A stretch of 24,000 bases of DNA from Paraburkholderia sp. J10-1 (GCF_905220165.1 NZ_CAJMYW010000006.1:253427-277426); one strand, 5' to 3'; counted from the first letter of the stretch, positions 1 through 8,298 are shown. Translations and numbers: made by a program. Notes: generated by a model from the sequence alone, not told the origin.

Positions 1-65
1 CCATGCAAATGCTCAAGCGTTACACCCACCTGAACCCCGCCGACCTGCTCGTGAAACTTGGATAG
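1..65 (+). CDS. 3' end of a tyrosine recombinase/integrase gene (partial; the N-terminus lies left of the window)
   Basis: The frame starting at nt 3 reads MQMLKRYTHLNPADLLVKLG with a stop at 63-65. The ..RYTH.. tail is the usual position of the catalytic tyrosine in phage/ICE integrases. Confidence 0.65.
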   Translation, partial: MQMLKRYTHLNPADLLVKLG

Positions 66-82
66 CGAACCTGTCTGAACGA

Positions 83-119
83 CGTCAACTAGGGTGACCG
101 CAAGCACCTATAGTTGACG
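83..119. terminator. Stem-loop between the convergent integrase and exonuclease-fragment ORFs (possible bidirectional terminator or binding palindrome)
   Basis: cgtcaacta (83-91) pairs perfectly with tagttgacg (111-119), with an inner ggtg/cacc pair. A second palindrome tacatcc/ggatgta lies at 123-138. There is no U-tract. Confidence 0.3.
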
Positions 120-139
120 CCGTACATCCCCGGATGTAG

Positions 140-319
140 CTAGTCGTGAGACCAATTAGATAGCGTCAAGCAGCTTGGCCGGTCGGCCAAAATGATTGTC
201 GCCGCGCAACAGTCCGAGCGCTCGCCGTAGAACTCGCGGCCGTCATCGGCCACGAGCGCGAGACTGATGAGCTCGCACTCAATGAAATCAGTGAACTCGC
301 AGTCGACGAAAACGCGCAT
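140..319 (-). pseudogene. Truncated N-terminal fragment of a DEDD 3'-5' exonuclease, paralogous to the gene at 1685-2191
   Basis: From the ATG at 319 it reads MRVFVDCEFTDFIECELISLALVADDGREFYGERSD. This aligns with MLLFLDTEYTGLGQSHPKLISLALVAEDGAREFYVELAD of the full-length gene (Exo I D-x-E motif present). Similarity is then lost and the ORF stops after 59 aa. The DNA stretch cggccacgagcgcgagRctgatgag is shared by both copies. Confidence 0.6.
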
Positions 320-587
320 GATCGTGTGACTTAAAACTATTAAGCCCATGTTTTGAAGGCTCTTTTTTTTTGTAATCCTGCCGCTCACGCCATCGCGGCC
401 GCGAAAGAGGCCGCGTGATCGACGGTCCGATCCCGGGAATTCAAACTTCGAAGTCCCTGATTGGAAAGGATGTTTTTTCAGAATTTCACATCCCGCGCGA
501 GCGGGTAGTGCGCCCGCAACGGTGGCCGCTGCAATGGCCTCGTTCATCGCTTCGACCGGCACGGGGCGCTCTCCCGGTGCCTAACGC

Positions 588-824
588 TCAGTGATGTGCC
601 TGCAATGGAATGGCCGCGCGCACCGCGGCCTCCACGCGCTGGGCCAGTTCGTTGCGCGCGAGCAGCGGAAATTCCGTTTTCAGCGCGGGTGTGAGCGCTC
701 CGGTTTCCAGCACGGCCGCGATCATGCGGTCGATGTCGGTATTGGGCCCCTCGATCACGTTCTTGATGCGAAGGCGCGCCTGGTCCCACTGGCGTGCAGT
801 CGGTGCAGCTTGCATGGTGAGCAT
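588..824 (-). CDS. Hypothetical 78-aa protein, translationally coupled to the upstream XRE regulator
   Basis: ORF-track ORF. Its ATG at 824 lies 4 nt from the regulator's stop (828-830). Composition is GC3-rich and coding-like. No motif recognised. Confidence 0.5.
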   Translation of the reverse strand: MLTMQAAPTARQWDQARLRIKNVIEGPNTDIDRMIAAVLETGALTPALKTEFPLLARNELAQRVEAAVRAAIPLQAHH

Positions 825-827
825 TCC

Positions 828-1118
828 CTATGGTGTGTCGTTCAGATCCGGCGTGCCCAGCACTTGGGCCAGCGCCTGTCTCATCCCGGCGGTCGGTCCG
901 TCAACACCCTCGCCATTTTCGAGACGGGTGATCCCGGATTCGGTCATGTTCAGCTGCGCGGCCAGTTGTGCCCGAGTCAGCTGCCTCATTTCACGTACAT
1001 GGCGAACCCTGTGTCCGTACTCAACCAGCCTTGTGCGTGCTTCATAGCTTTTGCGAAACGCGTCGTCGCGCATCAGTTCATCACGCAGATCAGTCAGCCT
1101 GTCCATCATTGCCCCCAT
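828..1118 (-). CDS. XRE-family helix-turn-helix transcriptional regulator
   Basis: HVREMRQLTRAQLAAQLNMTESGITRLENGE is a canonical XRE HTH. I trimmed the start to the ATG at 1118 (MGAMMDRL); the ATG at 1109, preceded by gggggca, is an alternative. The longer ORF-track N-terminus (to 1250) looks non-coding. Confidence 0.8.
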   Translation of the reverse strand: MGAMMDRLTDLRDELMRDDAFRKSYEARTRLVEYGHRVRHVREMRQLTRAQLAAQLNMTESGITRLENGEGVDGPTAGMRQALAQVLGTPDLNDTP

Positions 1119-1256
1119 CACACGCAGCCGCGAGGGTGGCCCGATACGGGCCGCGCCCCTGGCCTTCCATACTATCCCGACGCGTGACATCCGGCACCTG
1201 CCGGAACGGAGATCGCACGTGCATGTGTGGCGCGTGCCCAGCAGGTGCAACGTCCG

Positions 1257-1583
1257 TTACTTCGTCATCCACCTACGCAGCAGGCGCTTTTTCAGCGCAG
1301 CCCGTTCGCGCGGAGTGCGGCCCAGTTCGCGGGCGATCCGCTCCGCCGTCAGCACCTGGCTGCCGGGCGGCCACCAGGTCTTACCGTCCTTGCTCATGCT
1401 CCAGACGTTACCCGCTTCATTAAGTAGCAGCGTCACATGATCGGCCAGCGCCTCGGGCGCCGCGCTCGCCAGGGTGGCACGTTCACGGGCTCGCCAGCGT
1501 TGATGCCAGCGCTTCTTGTCGTCGCGCTCGCTCTCGTGTGTGGTGTGCCCGAAGATCGGAGTTTTGCGTCGGCTTCGGCTCAT
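1257..1583 (-). CDS. Conserved-looking basic hypothetical protein (108 aa)
   Basis: ATG ORF. The N-terminus MSRSRRKTPIFGHTTHESERDDKKRWHQRWRARER resembles a small basic family seen in phage/island contexts (from memory; function unknown). Confidence 0.6.
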   Translation of the reverse strand: MSRSRRKTPIFGHTTHESERDDKKRWHQRWRARERATLASAAPEALADHVTLLLNEAGNVWSMSKDGKTWWPPGSQVLTAERIARELGRTPRERAALKKRLLRRWMTK

Positions 1584-1684
1584 GATGCGTGGGGTTTATT
1601 CTGTACTGCGAATGGTCAGGTTCCGCGAAGCGATCCGCAGCGGAGGCATCTTGCCATACTATATCAGTCCGAAAAATCAATGAT

Positions 1685-2191
1685 TTACGGTTTTGCGTTC
1701 GCCGTGGCAGCCTTGCGGGCATCCATCCAGGCGAGCCAGCCGTGCCGGTAAGCCTGCGCGTCGGCGAGGGCATGGTGCTCGCGGGCGTGCGTCCCGTAGT
1801 ACGCGGCCACCGTGCGATCGTAGACCGTGGTGTCGACCAGCGGGCGCAGATCGCAGTACTGTGCGGCCAGGTTCGCCGGCAGCGGCTGGCCGAGCAGATC
1901 GAGCAGGAAACGCCAGTCGGTTTCCGAATCGCAGGCGGCCTGCACGGCGCGCGGTGCGTGGCTGAACCATTCGCGCAGCGCTGCGCAGGCCTCTGCGCGC
2001 TGCAGGCGCGGCCCGGTGAGCAGCGGCAGCACTTCGCGCTGCACGAACGGGGTGCAGTCGGCGGGTGTCCAGGTATCGGCCAGCTCGACATAGAACTCGC
2101 GCGCGCCGTCTTCGGCCACGAGCGCGAGGCTGATGAGTTTCGGGTGCGACTGGCCGAGGCCGGTGTATTCCGTGTCGAGAAAGAGCAGCAT
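1685..2191 (-). CDS. DEDDh-type 3'-5' exonuclease (DnaQ/RNase T-like fold)
   Basis: Exo I is FLDTEYTG, Exo II is ACDSETDWRFL, and Exo III is HHALADAQ (H-x4-D). 168 aa with an ATG start. Confidence 0.85.
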   Translation of the reverse strand: MLLFLDTEYTGLGQSHPKLISLALVAEDGAREFYVELADTWTPADCTPFVQREVLPLLTGPRLQRAEACAALREWFSHAPRAVQAACDSETDWRFLLDLLGQPLPANLAAQYCDLRPLVDTTVYDRTVAAYYGTHAREHHALADAQAYRHGWLAWMDARKAATANAKP

Positions 2192-2233
2192 GGCGGGCTA
2201 AAACAATGATCAGGGCTTCGCGCGGGGACGGGC

Positions 2234-2617
2234 CTATGAAAGCCCGGGTGACGCGTGGTCATGGTGAATCTCGCTGTGCGCGTGAGCTTCGCAGCGGGTC
2301 CGGAACCACTCCGGCCCGATGGTCTTTCCCCGGTCGCCGCATACCTCGCAGATCCGGCTGCTGGTGGCTTCGGCCATCTGGATCATGCCGCGCTGGTACT
2401 CGTTGGCGGGACCCGCGCCAAAGCGCAGGCCGCCGATTTTTTCCCTGATCTCGCTGGCGATGACCTGCGGGCCGCCGTTGTGCGTGGTCTCGTTCTGCAG
2501 GCTCCAGCACAGCGTGTCGAGCAGGTCGAACCAGCCATCCCCGCAGCCCAGGCGCGGGCGGCGCGCAAGGATCAGCGGGTAGCGCTCGTACAGCTGCGTG
2601 GTCAGTTCCGGGCTCAT
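2234..2617 (-). CDS. Phage/island-associated hypothetical protein with a C-terminal Cys cluster (127 aa)
   Basis: Start trimmed to the ATG at 2617, preceded by aaggag. The sequence contains CGDGWFDLL, EKIGGLRF and CEVCG...C.AH, a pattern I recall from uncharacterised phage proteins. Confidence 0.7.
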   Translation of the reverse strand: MSPELTTQLYERYPLILARRPRLGCGDGWFDLLDTLCWSLQNETTHNGGPQVIASEIREKIGGLRFGAGPANEYQRGMIQMAEATSSRICEVCGDRGKTIGPEWFRTRCEAHAHSEIHHDHASPGLS

Positions 2618-2663
2618 GGCGTGGGGCTCCTTGGGGCGTACTCCGGACGTGGAGAACGTGGCG

Positions 2664-2846
2664 TTACGCGTCATCATCCGGCCAGCGTTCGCGGGCCTTG
2701 CTGTCCTCGTGGTCTGCCGAGGCCTCACGCCAGCCGCTGTTCCAGTCGGACCAGCCGGGCGTGAACTCGGCATGGGGATTGTCCTGCTGGGCTTCGCCGT
2801 CGTAATAGCCGCGATAGCCGTCGCGGTATGCCTGGCTGCGCTGCAT
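2664..2846 (-). CDS. Small acidic/aromatic hypothetical protein (60 aa)
   Basis: The ATG at 2846 is preceded by ggagga at 4-nt spacing. Sequence MQRSQAYRDGYRGYYDGEAQQDNPHAEFTPGWSDWNSGW. Confidence 0.5.
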   Translation of the reverse strand: MQRSQAYRDGYRGYYDGEAQQDNPHAEFTPGWSDWNSGWREASADHEDSKARERWPDDDA

Positions 2847-3074
2847 GCTGTCCTCCGTCAACCGTCATGATGTCCGGCAGTATCGCAGCGTGGGTGGCTC
2901 ACCGGGTGAGCCACACCCTATCGTATCGTGTCCATGTTGCCGGCACCGGGCCGGTGTTGTGCGGCTACAAAACTTTTGTAGCGCATGAAATCAGGCACTT
3001 GCCAGAAGATGACCGGCACCGGGTCGCGGTGCCGGCGCTGGCCCGATCGGGCCAGCTGGCTCAGCCTGTCATGC

Positions 3075-3224
3075 TCAGCGCAGGCGCACGTAGCAGACGC
3101 GCGGCGTCCACAACAGGCACACGGCGTTCTCGTTGCTGATGAACGGCAGGCCGTTCGGATCGAAGCGCACGATGGTGCCTGTCAGGGGTGAGGTGATAGC
3201 GTGATGAGCTTGTTTCGTTTTCAT
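3075..3224 (-). CDS. Small hypothetical protein (49 aa), absent from the ORF track (below 60 aa)
   Basis: My own translation is MKTKQAHHAITSPLTGTIVRFDPNGLPFISNENAVCLLWTPRVCYVRLR. The ATG at 3224 is preceded by taggagaacaaa (strong SD), and the TGA is at 3075-3077. Confidence 0.5.
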   Translation of the reverse strand: MKTKQAHHAITSPLTGTIVRFDPNGLPFISNENAVCLLWTPRVCYVRLR

Positions 3225-3577
3225 TTTGTTCTCCTATAGAGTGACGCCCTCAGCGTGAATCGCGGCCCGACCCGAAAACGGGGAAGGGTGAGGGGTATGT
3301 TTATTTATGGTTGCGCGCAGCGTGCGAAGCGAAAATCCGGTCGAAATCGACTAGGGGTTTACCCTGGTACGTCGTGCCCGGTGCAGACGGCGCGGGCGAG
3401 GCGAGGGACAGACCGACTGACAACAGGTGTTATGTCAAATACCGGCCGCAAACCCTTGCCTGGCAAGGCTTTCACTGCGAACTGATAATGCATCTTACCC
3501 CTGAAAACAACGCAATACCAAATTGCGTGGAACCGAATACAATATTTCGTGAGAATTTCCCCACCCCCGGAGACCCC

Positions 3578-3886
3578 ATGTCCGACCCGACGCCTTCCCC
3601 CGGCCACGCCCTCACCTACCCGCAGCTGCGCGAGCTCGTGGAGAAGGAAATCGACTGGCACCTGCAGCAGGCCGCCCACGAGAGCGACGATCCCGAGCAG
3701 GACTACCGCATGGCGTTCGTCCATCACCACCAGTCGATCGCCATGATCAACCTGCTGTACCGCATGGGCCTCGCCTGCGCGTACTCCCCCCTGTCCGACG
3801 GGATCAATGCGCTGTCGGACGCGACCAACGGGCATTTCAAGGCCGTGCAGGACGCGCAGCTGGCACGCAAACGCCCCGGCCGGTGA
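3578..3886 (+). CDS. Hypothetical protein (102 aa)
   Basis: The ATG at 3578 is preceded by cggaga, and the region upstream (3480-3560) is AT-rich and promoter-like. The ORF-track start at 3311 is probably an artefactual extension. Confidence 0.55.
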   Translation: MSDPTPSPGHALTYPQLRELVEKEIDWHLQQAAHESDDPEQDYRMAFVHHHQSIAMINLLYRMGLACAYSPLSDGINALSDATNGHFKAVQDAQLARKRPGR

Positions 3887-3929
3887 ACGGTTGAGTATTT
3901 GTTACGGAATCCTCATCAAGTGATCAGCC

Positions 3930-4328
3930 ATGCCACGTGTTTCCTTTGATGTCGCACAGGCCCGCGCCGCCGTCGAGGCGGGCGGCGTGTTCTCGGCGAT
4001 CCTGCGTGCCGAGAAAGGCGCTTTCTATGTCGAGCTCGAAACCCGTGAGGCGGGGATCGCCGAGCTCGTGACGTCGAATGGCCGCGAGCGTCGCCCCTTC
4101 CGTGATCCGGGCGCCGCGCTCAAGGTCGTGCGCGAGCTCGGCGTGACGACTGGCCGTTTCGCGATCGCGGAGTGGGACACGCGCGCACCGAAGGCTCCGG
4201 CCTGGACGCGGCCAGACCAGAAAGAACACATGAAGCGGCGCAACGCACTGGCCGATGCAGCGGAGGTCGCCGGCGTGGACCACCCGGCCGCGATCGTGAA
4301 GACGCCCGGGCGCAAGGTCCGTGCATAA
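3930..4328 (+). CDS. Hypothetical protein (132 aa), island-associated
   Basis: ATG ORF with good GC3 coding bias. No catalytic motif recognised. Confidence 0.65.
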   Translation: MPRVSFDVAQARAAVEAGGVFSAILRAEKGAFYVELETREAGIAELVTSNGRERRPFRDPGAALKVVRELGVTTGRFAIAEWDTRAPKAPAWTRPDQKEHMKRRNALADAAEVAGVDHPAAIVKTPGRKVRA

Positions 4329-4397
4329 CTGGATGCGCACGGAGGCTGTGCGGGCCGTAACCGCCGGCCCGATGAACTCTGAAGGCGAGCAGCAGCA

Positions 4398-4423
4398 CGC
4401 GGGCCCCACACAGAGGGCCCGCG
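4398..4423. terminator. Perfect 9-bp GC-rich stem-loop between convergent genes
   Basis: cgcgggccc (4398-4406) pairs with gggcccgcg (4415-4423) around an 8-nt loop. It lies between the stop at 4328 (+) and the stop at 4458 (-). There is no clear U-tract. Confidence 0.5.
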
Positions 4424-4457
4424 CGAACGACTTCGCCTGCGGTGTGACAGTGGGTGT

Positions 4458-4628
4458 CTAGCGCCGTTGCGCGAAAACCCCCACCGTGACAATCGCCACG
4501 ACGATGAGCGCCAGGACCGCCTGCGACGGATGCGCTGTCTGGGCAATCGTGGTGAGCGCAAAGACAGCCGACGTGCCCGGCCCCTGGTGAGGCCGCTTGC
4601 TCTGATGCGGGTGCGAACTTCCGACCAT
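4458..4628 (-). CDS. Small protein with a C-terminal transmembrane helix (56 aa)
   Basis: The ATG at 4628 is preceded by ggagag. The C-terminus AVLALIVVAIVTVGVFAQRR is a hydrophobic helix with a basic tail. Confidence 0.4.
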   Translation of the reverse strand: MVGSSHPHQSKRPHQGPGTSAVFALTTIAQTAHPSQAVLALIVVAIVTVGVFAQRR

Positions 4629-4815
4629 GTGGTCTCTCCGGTTTTGAGATGACGCAAACACAGCCGACCTTGGAAACGGAACGCGCGAGGCTGCCCCCGG
4701 CAGGGCTTGCCGGGCTCTCGCTGGAATGCGCTCCGCTCCCTCACTGCGCCCCCGGGCAGAAACGCCCGGTCAGTGTGAAGACGGGTAATACAGGCAACTG
4801 GACGAGCCAGGTTGC

Positions 4816-4855
4816 CGGTACAGCTGTAAATCGGTACTGCGGTACTGCGGTACGA
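4816..4855. repeat. Short tandem repeat with CGGTAC core, four copies
   Basis: The copies are cggtacag (4816), cggtactg (4832), cggtactg (4840) and cggtacga (4848). Confidence 0.7.
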
Positions 4856-4892
4856 CGAACACCAGGGCCCTGCCACAGCGGGACGCACGACT

Positions 4893-5260
4893 GAGACCTG
4901 TCGCGAAGCCGAGGTGCCTTCTATGCTGGTAACGTTTTATGTGACCTGGCTGGGTCGAAACCTTCTCGACTGCAGCAGTCTTGATCGCCCGGACCGCAAC
5001 CTGCCGGTCATGAGCTACATTGATATCGTCCCTTGAGCCGAAACTGCCGGCCGGAAACGACGTTTGATAGTTCGTCGCGGACCGAAAACTGCCTGCCGCG
5101 AACGACTTTTGCTGAGTGCGTTCTTGACCGGACCTGCTGGTCGCAAACGACTCATTGTGTGCGGTGCTGGCCTGAACCTGCCTGGCCGTTGCCGCAACAA
5201 CAACTTTTTGATCGAACTTCCTGTCCTGCTTGCCGAGTGAACGGCTGGGCGAATTATAGA
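4893..5260. repeat. Array of about 8 degenerate direct repeats with 41-50 bp period (iteron-like)
   Basis: Units start at about 4893, 4943, 4991, 5040, 5084, 5131, 5174 and 5214. Each has the pattern GA(A/C)CTGCC.G...AAACGAC..TTTGAT. Examples are gaaactgccggccggaaacgacgtttgat, gaaaactgcctgccgcgaacgacttttgct and gacctgctggtcgcaaacgactcattgtg. The periods are not multiples of 3. Confidence 0.6.
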
Positions 5261-5327
5261 ACAGAGCCGCAAGGCGCCGCAAGCGAGCACGCGCGAAACG
5301 CGCCCGCGTGTGCCCCTCAAGATCGCA

Positions 5328-6593
5328 TCATTGGGCAGATTGTTTGGCCTGAACCGTTGCCATGAACTCGGCAACGCTTTTAAGCCATCCCCGCTGCTCC
5401 TGGGTATAACTCTCATGCAGCTTCGTGGGCAGGACCAGTTGCAGATGCTTGGCGCGCATCTCGTTTGTTTGCGTCAGGGAGATGGCCGTTTCCAGCGTGA
5501 GCAGATGCTTCTCGGGAATCCGGTCCGCTTCGGCCAATACCTGACGCCAGCGGTCCTTGCACGTTGATTTCACGCCAAGCATGGTCAGGCGCACAGGATC
5601 AAAAGCCGCGTCGTGATATTCCTTGCTGCCGGGAAACAGGAAATCGGGCTTTGACTTGTTTTCGGTAGCGGCAGTGCGGGCATACCGGATATCGTTGGCG
5701 GCGAACAGCACCTCAAGATGGTTTTCGAGCGCCAGGCCTACCCGGCTCTTGCGTCGATTCTGCACCGAGAGGGAAAACGCGAGGAATCCGTCTACATCCA
5801 CCTTTTTCTGCGCGTCTGCCGCGAATCCGGCCGAAAGGCGGTCGGCGATCAGGTAGCGCTCCAGCGTACGGAACAGAATTTCTTCGCGCTCCATCCATGC
5901 CATGAGCACTGCATCGGGATCATCGCGGGCACTGAGGTCCGGTAACGTGGATCGGGCGTATTCGGAAAAAATGCGGGTCGTCGGAAACTTGCCTTCGAAG
6001 CGGTCGAGCATTTTTTCGAGGTACGTTTCCTCCGACGCCTCGACCGCAATGCCGATGCTCTCCAGGATGAACCGCGACGCGAACTCGATGCGGTCCTGTT
6101 CCGTCTCCAGCTCGGCCTTGACGGAAAACCCGGGATGGGCGAGATCGTCAAATCCAAAAAGCCATTCGATCTGCCGTGCGATGCTGGACCCGTTCTCCGC
6201 AATGATGACGAGCAACCCGCCGTCCCGACGTTTGGCGATGACAAGCAGATCATCGACCGCCGCATTCAAGGAAACATTGGTCGTCGGAAAGTAGAGGCGA
6301 TACTCCCAGCGCTGCACGTTGCGCTGTTCGCGGGCTCGCTGTCGCGCGTCGTACCACGTGAATACCGCATCTTCCATGATCGGATCGTCGTCCTGATCCG
6401 ACAGGTAAAGCAGCTTGGCGTCGTAGCGGACCTTGCCATCCGGTTCGCCAAGGATCCCCCTCAGCGCTTCCACGCCATTGAATTCATGCTGGTTCGAGTG
6501 GATGACGTCTGCCTCGACGGCGCGTAACCGCTTTGCCGCGACCCCCTCGAAGTATTCGGACAGATACCCGCGCTTCACGCCCTGGTCTCCCAT
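5328..6593 (-). CDS. Type II restriction endonuclease with an EcoRII-C-like catalytic C-terminal domain (421 aa)
   Basis: The C-terminal half has NRRKSRVG..LENHLE, KSKPDFLFPG and GVKSTCKDRWRQVL. I recall these as hallmarks of the EcoRII catalytic domain family. The ATG at 6593 overlaps the vsr 3' end by 19 nt. The gene is last in a methyltransferase-vsr-nuclease operon. Confidence 0.8.
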   Translation of the reverse strand: MGDQGVKRGYLSEYFEGVAAKRLRAVEADVIHSNQHEFNGVEALRGILGEPDGKVRYDAKLLYLSDQDDDPIMEDAVFTWYDARQRAREQRNVQRWEYRLYFPTTNVSLNAAVDDLLVIAKRRDGGLLVIIAENGSSIARQIEWLFGFDDLAHPGFSVKAELETEQDRIEFASRFILESIGIAVEASEETYLEKMLDRFEGKFPTTRIFSEYARSTLPDLSARDDPDAVLMAWMEREEILFRTLERYLIADRLSAGFAADAQKKVDVDGFLAFSLSVQNRRKSRVGLALENHLEVLFAANDIRYARTAATENKSKPDFLFPGSKEYHDAAFDPVRLTMLGVKSTCKDRWRQVLAEADRIPEKHLLTLETAISLTQTNEMRAKHLQLVLPTKLHESYTQEQRGWLKSVAEFMATVQAKQSAQ

Positions 6594-7021
6594 TTGTTCG
6601 AATCAGATTCCAGCCACGCGACAAGCGCGTCGGCGACTGCGGCTGGCTCTCTGGCTTTGCCCCTGATCGCGCATTCCCACACCACCGCCACCCGCCACCC
6701 GCTCGCGAGCAGTGCTTCGCGCACCTCCTGATCGCGGCCGCGATTGCGCCCGATCTTTTCCCGCCAGAATTCCGCACGTGTTCCCGGCCACTTGAACAGC
6801 GCGCAGTCGTGCCCGTGCCAGAAACAGCCATGTACGAAAACGACCGCACGAAAGCGCGGCAACACGATATCAGGTTTGCCTGGCAGGTCCGCGACATGCA
6901 CGCGGAACCGGTAACCACGCCGATGCAACAGGCTGCGTATCAGCAGCTCGGGCCGTGTGTTGCGCGCCCGGATGCCGGACATCATCCGGCTGCGGGTCGC
7001 GCTGTCAACGACGTCGATCAC
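6575..7021 (-). CDS. vsr: Very short patch repair endonuclease Vsr
   Basis: [25 protein letters not shown]...[25 protein letters not shown]...K.P.TR.EFW..KI..N..RD aligns along its length with E. coli Vsr. The GTG start at 7021 overlaps the methyltransferase stop (GTGA). Confidence 0.93.
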   Translation of the reverse strand: MIDVVDSATRSRMMSGIRARNTRPELLIRSLLHRRGYRFRVHVADLPGKPDIVLPRFRAVVFVHGCFWHGHDCALFKWPGTRAEFWREKIGRNRGRDQEVREALLASGWRVAVVWECAIRGKAREPAAVADALVAWLESDSNKWETRA

Positions 7022-8298
7022 TCGACCCGCAGCGGAAGCCTTTGCTGTGCCCCGTTGCGCTCCTGCTCAAGGAGCTCTTTCACAAACGGCGTCATGGCGC
7101 GGGCCACTTCCTGCATCACGGGAACCACGACGCTGTTGCCAAACTGACGATAGGCCTGCGTGTCGCTCACCGGGATCTCGAAGTCGTCCGGAAATCCCAT
7201 CAGTCGCGCGCACTCACGCGGGGTGAGGCGCCGTGGACGCTTTCCCTTGCCCTGTGAAAGCAGGATCTCCGAACCATCCTTGTAGTAGCGGGCGGACAAG
7301 GTGCGGGTGACACTGTCCGGCGTCACCAGTCCGAAGCCGAAGCCATTTCCCGCTGCGCGATGCTTTTCGGCGTAGGCCTGCAGATACGCCCACAGCTTGG
7401 GGGTAAGGGTGTATTTGGACTGTACCTTGCCCGTCTCGTGATCGAAAAAACGGTCGCCGTCGTGCTCAAGGACAGGTTCGGACCCATCAGTCTTGTGCAG
7501 GATCTTCCCGAGGCGCGGCCCTTCAGCCGGAAGCCGGAGATCATCAAAACTGAAATCCGTTTTCTCCCGGAAGCCAACGATCACGATGCGCTCACGATGC
7601 TGCGGCGTGAAATGCTGCCCGTCGATGACCTTGAACTTGACGTCGTACTTCAGTTCGTCGCGCAGCACCGTCAGGATCGTCTTGAAGGTGTTGCCCCGAT
7701 CATGCGAAACGAGGTTCTTCACGTTCTCCAGCAGGAACGCTGCGGGACGCTTCGCCTCGATGATGCGTGCAACGTCATAAAACAGGGTGCCCTGCGTCGT
7801 ACATTCGAAGCCGTGCGGACGGCCGAGCGAGTTCTTCTTGCTGACGCCAGCAATGCTGAACGGCTGGCAGGGAAAACCGGCAAGCAGCACATCGTGCGCC
7901 GGGACGGCGCGCTCGGAAAAGGACACGATGTCGCCGATGAACTGGTGGCGGTCGTCGCTATCGCCATAGTTATGCTGGTACGTCTTTTTCGAGAACTCGT
8001 TCCACTCGCTGGTGAAGACGCATTGACCACCGAACGCCTCGAAACCCCGCCGGATACCACCGATGCCTGCGAACAGGTCGATGAACCGGAATTCGGGCTC
8101 GCGCGCCAGATCGGCCTTCCGCGTCTTCGCGTCCAGCATCTCGCGCAAGGCGGCTTCTGCGATGACGGGACAGCGCGCCTTGTCCGCTTCCCAGCGGCGG
8201 ATGGTCCGTACGTTTTTTCCGATCCGTTCGGCAATTTCGCCTTGTGTATAGAGCTTCAGCGCCTGCGTGAGCAGGTCGTGCGAATCCGCCGTTGTCAT
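7018..8298 (-). CDS. DNA (cytosine-5)-methyltransferase (Dcm-like) with an N-terminal HTH extension
   Basis: Motif I is [10 protein letters not shown], motif IV is GFPCQPFS, motif VI is ENVKNL, and motif X is [10 protein letters not shown]. The N-terminal [18 protein letters not shown] is an HTH. I prefer the ATG at 8298 over the ORF-track TTG at 8352. Confidence 0.95.
   Translation of the reverse strand: MTTADSHDLLTQALKLYTQGEIAERIGKNVRTIRRWEADKARCPVIAEAALREMLDAKTRKADLAREPEFRFIDLFAGIGGIRRGFEAFGGQCVFTSEWNEFSKKTYQHNYGDSDDRHQFIGDIVSFSERAVPAHDVLLAGFPCQPFSIAGVSKKNSLGRPHGFECTTQGTLFYDVARIIEAKRPAAFLLENVKNLVSHDRGNTFKTILTVLRDELKYDVKFKVIDGQHFTPQHRERIVIVGFREKTDFSFDDLRLPAEGPRLGKILHKTDGSEPVLEHDGDRFFDHETGKVQSKYTLTPKLWAYLQAYAEKHRAAGNGFGFGLVTPDSVTRTLSARYYKDGSEILLSQGKGKRPRRLTPRECARLMGFPDDFEIPVSDTQAYRQFGNSVVVPVMQEVARAMTPFVKELLEQERNGAQQRLPLRVE

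Noticed and set aside
320-562. N-terminal 81 codons of the 140-aa ORF 140-562 (MPVEAMNEAIAAATVAG...)
   Set aside because: Only the last 59 codons resemble an exonuclease. The upstream part crosses an AT-rich region with a T9 run and a hairpin, and it has no recognisable features. I treated it as non-coding, with moderate uncertainty.
1483-2262. 259-aa minus-strand ORF overlapping the exonuclease gene in another frame
   Set aside because: The composition is Pro/Arg/Ser/Ala-rich, typical of off-frame reading of high-GC coding DNA. The overlapping frame has clear DEDDh motifs.
4025-4888. 287-aa minus-strand ORF spanning the 3930-4328 gene, the stem-loop and the small membrane-protein gene
   Set aside because: It is an extremely Arg/Ser-rich off-frame product that crosses a strong hairpin and two better-supported genes.
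4770-5416. ORFs of 110-170 aa on both strands in the iteron-like region
   Set aside because: Their internal peptide repeats (e.g. SFAAGSFRS / SFPAGSFGS) only mirror DNA repeats whose periods (41-50 bp) are not multiples of 3. There are no SD sequences and no coding bias.
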